Below are positions 27,197-32,000 of a DNA stretch of 32,000 nucleotides, in pieces. Each line of letters starts with the position of its first letter. Position 1 is the first letter of the stretch. The position numbers and the translations under genes were made by a program. The notes beneath the pieces were generated by a model, which searched no databases, had not been told where the DNA came from, and was given only the letters and a program-made list of their open reading frames with translations. Source of the stretch: Corynebacterium glutamicum ATCC 13032 (GTDB lineage: Bacteria > Actinomycetota > Actinomycetes > Mycobacteriales > Mycobacteriaceae); contig NC_003450.3 of assembly GCF_000011325.1 (NCBI RefSeq), positions 2,310,001 through 2,342,000 of the forward strand, written 5' to 3'.

Positions 27197-28738
27197 ATGG
27201 CGAAAAATGCCTACAGCACAACAGCACCAACCAAGGTGTCCAAGGATGCCACTCTTCCAGTTCGTGGAACGGTCGCTGAACTCAAGCTCGAAAAGAAGTT
27301 GCCAAAGAAGATTGATGCCATCATCGTCGCGATTTTTGAAGGCGAAGATTCCATCGAACTCGCCGGCGGCGAAATCCTCGATTTCATCTTCAGTACCGAG
27401 CAGCAGGCCGACATCCTCACTCAGCTCGAAGCTGTCGGCGCAAAGGCCACCGCAAACAGCATCACCCGCGTCCCAGGCACCGACGTTGCGCCTGTCATTG
27501 CGGTTGGTTTGGGCAAGGCTGATTTGCTTGACGACGAGACCCTCCGCCGCGCTTCCGGCACGGCGGCCCGCTCCCTCGGTGGTTTTGAAAATGTCGCCAC
27601 CACCATTGGCGATTTGGGACTTGCAGCAGCGGTTACCGGTTTCGGCCTCGGTTCTTACTCCTACGCGGGTCTGCGCAAAGAAACCGAAGAATCCAAGGAC
27701 AAGACCACCACAGTCACTTTCATCAGCACCGGCAAGGACGACAAGGATGTCTTTGTGGAAGCTCAGATCATCGTGGAATCTGTCCTGCTCGCTCGCGACT
27801 TGGTGAACACCCCTTCATCACACCTGTACCCAGAGTCCTACTCAGTAATTGCATCCAACGAAGCGTCCAAGCACGGCTTGCAGACCACCATCCTGGATGA
27901 GAAGCAGCTTGCTGATCAAGGTTTCGGCGGCATCCTCGCAGTCGGTAACGGCTCCTCCCGCAAGCCTCGTCTGCTGCGCATCGATTGGAAGCCACGCAAG
28001 GCTAAGAAGTCGATCGCTTTGGTTGGCAAGGGCATCACCTTTGACACCGGCGGAATTTCCATCAAGCCTGGCGCAAGCATGGAGAACATGATCTCCGACA
28101 TGGGTGGATCCGCATCCGTATTGGCCACCATTATCGCTGCAGCTCGTTTGAACCTGTCGATCAACGTCTCCGCGTTCCTACCAATGGCTGAGAACATGCC
28201 ATCCGGTGACGCTTTCCGCCCCGGCGATGTCATCACTCATTTCGGTGGTATCACCTCCGAAATCTTGAACACCGACGCTGAAGGCCGCCTCATTCTGGCA
28301 GATGCCATTGCTTACGCTTCTGAAGATAAGCCTGACTACCTCATTGATGCGGCAACCCTGACTGGTGCTCAATTAGTCGCTTTAGGCCTGCGTACTTCAG
28401 GTGTCATGGGTACCGATGAGTTCCGCGACAGCGTTGCCAAGACTGGCCGCGAGGTTGGCGAGCAAGCATGGGCAATGCCTCTTCCTGAAGAGCTCGATGA
28501 GCAGGTTAAGTCCCCTGTCGCTGACCTGCGCAATGTCACCAATTCCCGTTTCGCAGGAATGTCTGCTGCGGGTCGTTACTTGCAGGAATTCGTTGGTGCC
28601 GACATCGAGTGGGCTCACGTCGATATCGCTGGCCCTGCATACAACACTGCTGGTGAATTCGGTTACACGCCAAAGCGCGCAACCGGACAACCAGTGCGCA
28701 CCTTCGTTCAGGTTCTGAAGGATCTGTCGGAAAGCTAA
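27197..28738 (+). CDS. pepB: M17 leucyl aminopeptidase
   Basis: Carries the M17 signature NTDAEGRL and the metal-binding region VGKGITFDTGG. The exact start is uncertain; a shorter form from an internal GTG is possible. Confidence 0.85.
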   Translation: MAKNAYSTTAPTKVSKDATLPVRGTVAELKLEKKLPKKIDAIIVAIFEGEDSIELAGGEILDFIFSTEQQADILTQLEAVGAKATANSITRVPGTDVAPVIAVGLGKADLLDDETLRRASGTAARSLGGFENVATTIGDLGLAAAVTGFGLGSYSYAGLRKETEESKDKTTTVTFISTGKDDKDVFVEAQIIVESVLLARDLVNTPSSHLYPESYSVIASNEASKHGLQTTILDEKQLADQGFGGILAVGNGSSRKPRLLRIDWKPRKAKKSIALVGKGITFDTGGISIKPGASMENMISDMGGSASVLATIIAAARLNLSINVSAFLPMAENMPSGDAFRPGDVITHFGGITSEILNTDAEGRLILADAIAYASEDKPDYLIDAATLTGAQLVALGLRTSGVMGTDEFRDSVAKTGREVGEQAWAMPLPEELDEQVKSPVADLRNVTNSRFAGMSAAGRYLQEFVGADIEWAHVDIAGPAYNTAGEFGYTPKRATGQPVRTFVQVLKDLSES

Positions 28739-28745
28739 ACGCTAG

Positions 28746-29141
28746 TTAAAGATCAGGATTCTCGCCGCGCTCAAATTTAGCGCGGCGAGCTTTTTGTTCC
28801 TCACGCTTTCTTAAGATGCGCTCATATTCAATGCGTTCGCGCATCCTTTGGGGGTAACCGGTCTCCTCAACATCATAAACCGGAACGCCGAGCTTTTTCG
28901 CGATAACATCAATCCCTTTGGGACCGCCGATCCTTCGGCGGACAAAAACCCCATGAGCATCAACCAAAACGACAGACATCTCATTGACCAGCGTTTCCGG
29001 TTCAACGAATGCCTCAACAAATGGCTTATCCTGCACCCATTGCATCAAGAATTTTAAATCTTCCGGGCGCACAGTATCGCCCGGACCGCGTGGTGGGCGG
29101 AGGTTAGAGCGAGGAGTTTTACGACCAAATAAATTGAACAC
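28746..29141 (-). CDS. Conserved hypothetical protein (131 aa, basic N- and C-termini)
   Basis: The ORF is intact, has coding-like composition, and is divergent from aceF. I do not recognise a family. Its stop is only 7 bp from the pepB stop. Confidence 0.55.
   Translation of the reverse strand: MFNLFGRKTPRSNLRPPRGPGDTVRPEDLKFLMQWVQDKPFVEAFVEPETLVNEMSVVLVDAHGVFVRRRIGGPKGIDVIAKKLGVPVYDVEETGYPQRMRERIEYERILRKREEQKARRAKFERGENPDL
28761..28797 (+). terminator. Rho-independent terminator of pepB, lying inside the 3' end of the convergent ORF
   Basis: GC-rich 10-bp inverted repeat CTCGCCGCGC (28761-28770) / GCGCGGCGAG (28780-28789) with a 9-nt loop. On the plus strand only, it is followed by CTTTTTGTT. 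Confidence 0.7.
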
Positions 29142-29269
29142 AAGCCTATTGTAGGGGGCATCTGTTTAGCTTGATATGACCCGAACACCACACATCACAA
29201 ATTGAATCGGTATCCTTTGGGGTATTAGTTTCCGTTTTAACGACACGACTTGCGAGGAGTCTTAAAATA

Positions 29270-31297
29270 ATGGCGTTCTCCGTAGAGATGCCCGAGCTGG
29301 GCGAATCAGTAACCGAAGGCACGATCACCCAGTGGTTGAAGTCTGTTGGTGACACTGTTGAGGTAGATGAGCCGTTGCTCGAGGTCTCAACTGACAAGGT
29401 CGACACCGAGATTCCCTCTCCTGTCGCCGGTGTCATCCTAGAGATTAAGGCTGAAGAGGATGACACCGTCGACGTCGGCGGTGTCATTGCAATAATCGGC
29501 GATGCTGATGAGACTCCTGCCAACGAAGCTCCTGCCGACGAGGCACCAGCTCCTGCCGAAGAGGAAGAACCAGTTAAGGAAGAGCCAAAGAAGGAGGCAG
29601 CTCCTGAAGCTCCAGCAGCAACTGGCGCCGCAACCGATGTGGAAATGCCAGAACTCGGCGAATCCGTCACCGAAGGCACCATTACCCAGTGGCTCAAGGC
29701 TGTCGGCGACACCGTCGAAGTAGACGAACCACTTCTTGAGGTCTCCACCGACAAGGTCGACACCGAAATCCCATCCCCAGTAGCAGGCACCATCGTGGAG
29801 ATCCTTGCAGACGAAGACGACACCGTCGACGTCGGCGCAGTCATCGCCCGCATCGGTGACGCAAACGCAGCTGCAGCACCTGCCGAAGAGGAAGCAGCTC
29901 CTGCCGAAGAGGAAGAACCAGTTAAGGAAGAGCCAAAGAAGGAGGCAGCTCCTGAAGCTCCAGCAGCAACTGGCGCCGCAACCGATGTGGAAATGCCAGA
30001 ACTCGGCGAATCCGTCACCGAAGGCACCATTACCCAGTGGCTCAAGGCTGTCGGCGACACCGTCGAAGTAGACGAACCACTTCTTGAGGTCTCCACCGAC
30101 AAGGTCGACACCGAAATCCCATCCCCAGTAGCAGGCACCATCGTGGAGATCCTTGCAGACGAAGACGACACCGTCGACGTCGGCGCAGTCATCGCCCGCA
30201 TCGGTGACGCAAACGCAGCTGCAGCACCTGCCGAAGAGGAAGCAGCTCCTGCCGAAGAGGAGGAACCAGTTAAGGAAGAGCCAAAGAAGGAAGAGCCCAA
30301 GAAGGAAGAGCCCAAGAAGGAAGCAGCTACTACACCTGCTGCGGCATCCGCAACTGTGTCCGCTTCTGGCGACAACGTTCCATACGTCACCCCACTGGTG
30401 CGCAAGCTTGCTGAAAAGCACGGCGTTGACTTGAACACCGTGACCGGTACCGGTATCGGTGGCCGTATCCGCAAGCAGGATGTTTTGGCTGCTGCGAACG
30501 GCGAGGCTGCACCTGCTGAGGCTGCTGCTCCTGTTTCCGCTTGGTCCACTAAGTCTGTTGACCCTGAGAAGGCTAAGCTCCGTGGTACCACTCAGAAGGT
30601 CAACCGCATCCGTGAGATCACCGCGATGAAGACCGTCGAGGCTCTGCAGATTTCTGCTCAGCTCACCCAGCTGCACGAGGTCGATATGACTCGCGTTGCT
30701 GAGCTGCGTAAGAAGAACAAGCCCGCGTTCATCGAGAAGCACGGTGTGAACCTCACTTACCTGCCATTCTTCGTGAAGGCAGTTGTCGAGGCTTTGGTTT
30801 CCCATCCAAACGTCAACGCGTCTTTCAACGCGAAGACCAAGGAGATGACCTACCACTCCTCCGTTAACCTCTCCATCGCTGTTGATACCCCAGCTGGTCT
30901 GTTGACCCCAGTCATTCACGATGCTCAGGATCTCTCCATCCCAGAGATCGCAAAGGCAATTGTTGACCTGGCTGATCGTTCACGCAACAACAAGCTGAAG
31001 CCAAACGATCTGTCCGGTGGCACCTTCACCATCACCAACATTGGTTCTGAAGGCGCACTGTCTGATACCCCAATCCTGGTTCCACCACAGGCTGGCATCT
31101 TGGGCACCGGCGCGATCGTGAAGCGTCCAGTTGTCATCACCGAGGATGGAATTGATTCCATCGCGATCCGTCAGATGGTCTTCCTACCACTGACCTACGA
31201 CCACCAGGTTGTAGATGGCGCAGATGCTGGTCGCTTCCTGACCACCATCAAGGACCGCCTTGAGACCGCTAACTTCGAAGGCGATCTGCAGCTCTAA
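29270..31297 (+). CDS. aceF: Dihydrolipoamide acyltransferase E2 with three lipoyl domains (shared E2 of the PDH/ODH supercomplex; often annotated sucB)
   Basis: 675 aa. Carries three lipoyl domains, each with the [12 protein letters not shown] lipoyl-lysine motif. It also has a subunit-binding domain ([32 protein letters not shown]) and a catalytic domain with DHQVVDG. GAGGAG lies upstream of the ATG. Confidence 0.95.
   Translation: MAFSVEMPELGESVTEGTITQWLKSVGDTVEVDEPLLEVSTDKVDTEIPSPVAGVILEIKAEEDDTVDVGGVIAIIGDADETPANEAPADEAPAPAEEEEPVKEEPKKEAAPEAPAATGAATDVEMPELGESVTEGTITQWLKAVGDTVEVDEPLLEVSTDKVDTEIPSPVAGTIVEILADEDDTVDVGAVIARIGDANAAAAPAEEEAAPAEEEEPVKEEPKKEAAPEAPAATGAATDVEMPELGESVTEGTITQWLKAVGDTVEVDEPLLEVSTDKVDTEIPSPVAGTIVEILADEDDTVDVGAVIARIGDANAAAAPAEEEAAPAEEEEPVKEEPKKEEPKKEEPKKEAATTPAAASATVSASGDNVPYVTPLVRKLAEKHGVDLNTVTGTGIGGRIRKQDVLAAANGEAAPAEAAAPVSAWSTKSVDPEKAKLRGTTQKVNRIREITAMKTVEALQISAQLTQLHEVDMTRVAELRKKNKPAFIEKHGVNLTYLPFFVKAVVEALVSHPNVNASFNAKTKEMTYHSSVNLSIAVDTPAGLLTPVIHDAQDLSIPEIAKAIVDLADRSRNNKLKPNDLSGGTFTITNIGSEGALSDTPILVPPQAGILGTGAIVKRPVVITEDGIDSIAIRQMVFLPLTYDHQVVDGADAGRFLTTIKDRLETANFEGDLQL
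29547..30291 (+). repeat. 348-bp tandem direct repeat (2.14 copies) inside aceF, followed by a 15-bp EEPKK triplet repeat
   Basis: By hand comparison, 29547-29894 and 29895-30242 are identical at all 348 positions. A partial third copy runs to 30291 with one mismatch, at 30262. The unit GAAGAGCC(A/C)AAGAAG then occurs three times at 30275-30319. Confidence 0.9.
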
Positions 31298-31311
31298 GAT
31301 CTCTGCAAGTT

Positions 31312-31357
31312 AAAACCGCCACTCCCCTTTCACTGGGGAGTGGCGGTTTTGTCGTTT
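31312..31357 (+). terminator. Rho-independent terminator after aceF
   Basis: Perfect 16-bp inverted repeat AAAACCGCCACTCCCC (31312-31327) / GGGGAGTGGCGGTTTT (31335-31350) with a 7-nt loop, followed by a T-rich tail. Confidence 0.85.
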
Positions 31358-31412
31358 CATGCATGCAGTGTGTGACTTATCAACCTTGTTAGGGCTAGGG
31401 TGGATATCTATC

Positions 31413-32000
31413 ATGACTGCACCAAGAGATCCTTTTTTCCCCGCAGATCTTTCTATCCGCGCGTCTGCAGAGCCCATTGAAATTCAGCGGTTGGGTTTGA
31501 TCGATTATCAAGAGGCCTGGGATTATCAAGCAGAGCTTGCTACCCGTAGGGCTAATGATGAAATCCCTGATCAGCTGCTTATTTTGGAGCACCCGTCGGT
31601 GTATACCGCAGGTAAGCGCACCCAGCCGGAAGATCTTCCCACCAACGGACTGCCGGTGATCAATGCTGATCGTGGTGGTCGCATCACGTGGCATGGTCCT
31701 GGCCAATTGGTGATCTATCCGATCATCAAATTAGCCGATCCGATCGATGTGGTTGATTACGTAAGACGCCTCGAGGAAGCGCTCATCCAAGTTGTCGGCG
31801 ATATGGGTGTTGCCGGCGCTGGGCGCATTGATGGGCGTTCGGGTGTGTGGGTGCCAGCTCATGATGGTTGGGTGGACAGCAAGGTTGCGGCCATCGGCAT
31901 TCGAATAACTCGTGGTGTTGCAATGCACGGTGTGGCCATCAACTGCAACAACACGTTGGATTTCTATGAGCACATCATTCCGTGTGGCATTGCTGATGCA
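31413..32000 (+). CDS. lipB: Octanoyltransferase (lipoyl(octanoyl) transferase). The 3' end lies outside the window.
   Basis: It is absent from the ORF track because no stop codon falls in the window. Hand translation from ATG 31413 gives [13 protein letters not shown]...[15 protein letters not shown]...[19 protein letters not shown]...[17 protein letters not shown]. The frame stays open for 196 codons to base 32000. Confidence 0.9.

Noticed and set aside
29146-30919. Two very long antisense ORFs (481 aa at 29146-30591 and 493 aa at 29438-30919) opposite aceF
   Set aside because: Their products are low-complexity (Ser/Ala/Gly-rich, or Cys/Leu/Phe-rich) and simply mirror the aceF internal repeat. 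The aceF frame has unmistakable lipoyl, subunit-binding and catalytic motifs. These are open antisense frames caused by the biased codon usage and repeat structure of aceF.
1-32000. Search for a mobile element, prophage, defence or toxin-antitoxin island, or horizontally acquired segment
   Set aside because: I found no integrase, transposase or recombinase-like ORFs, no tRNA attachment sites, and no flanking long inverted or direct repeats. Every substantial ORF is a recognisable housekeeping gene in an order I remember as conserved with M. tuberculosis. Composition looks uniform by eye. I therefore do not claim a novel system in this window.

Overview
This window reads as core chromosome of Corynebacterium glutamicum. 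From memory of the proteins and gene order (no search was run), it is the cg2393-cg2422 / NCgl2100-NCgl2127 neighbourhood, syntenic with M. tuberculosis Rv2181-Rv2217. Left to right it contains three blocks. (1) A cell-envelope block: mptC-like GT-C mannosyltransferase (5' truncated), mycoloyltransferase cmt4, a small membrane ORF, an acyltransferase_3 protein, plsC, glk, pimB', and two NlpC/P60 hydrolases (ripC-like and nlpC). (2) The respiratory supercomplex genes: qcrB, qcrA, qcrC and ctaE, then ctaF and ctaC, all on the minus strand. (3) A housekeeping block: ltsA, an A-type Fe-S carrier, a DUF3043-like gene, cobU-cobT-cobS, an SDR, ilvE, pepB, a small conserved ORF, the three-lipoyl-domain E2 aceF (often annotated sucB), and the 5' part of lipB. 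I see no tRNA or rRNA genes, transposases, integrases, CRISPR arrays or defence-island signatures, and no convincing evidence for an undescribed multi-gene system. The items most worth a second look are these: a ydaO-type c-di-AMP riboswitch in the nlpC leader; a 348-bp tandem duplication inside aceF that is 100% identical at the nucleotide level; a 72-bp-period bipartite direct repeat plus a C-rich, G-poor tract between cobS and the SDR gene; an 11-mer shared by the two cytochrome oxidase operon upstream regions; an internal duplication in the mptC-like protein; a pepB terminator lying inside the convergent gene; and a 20-bp perfect palindrome in an 870-bp gene-free spacer. All coordinates, motif positions and base counts were worked out by hand from the sequence.
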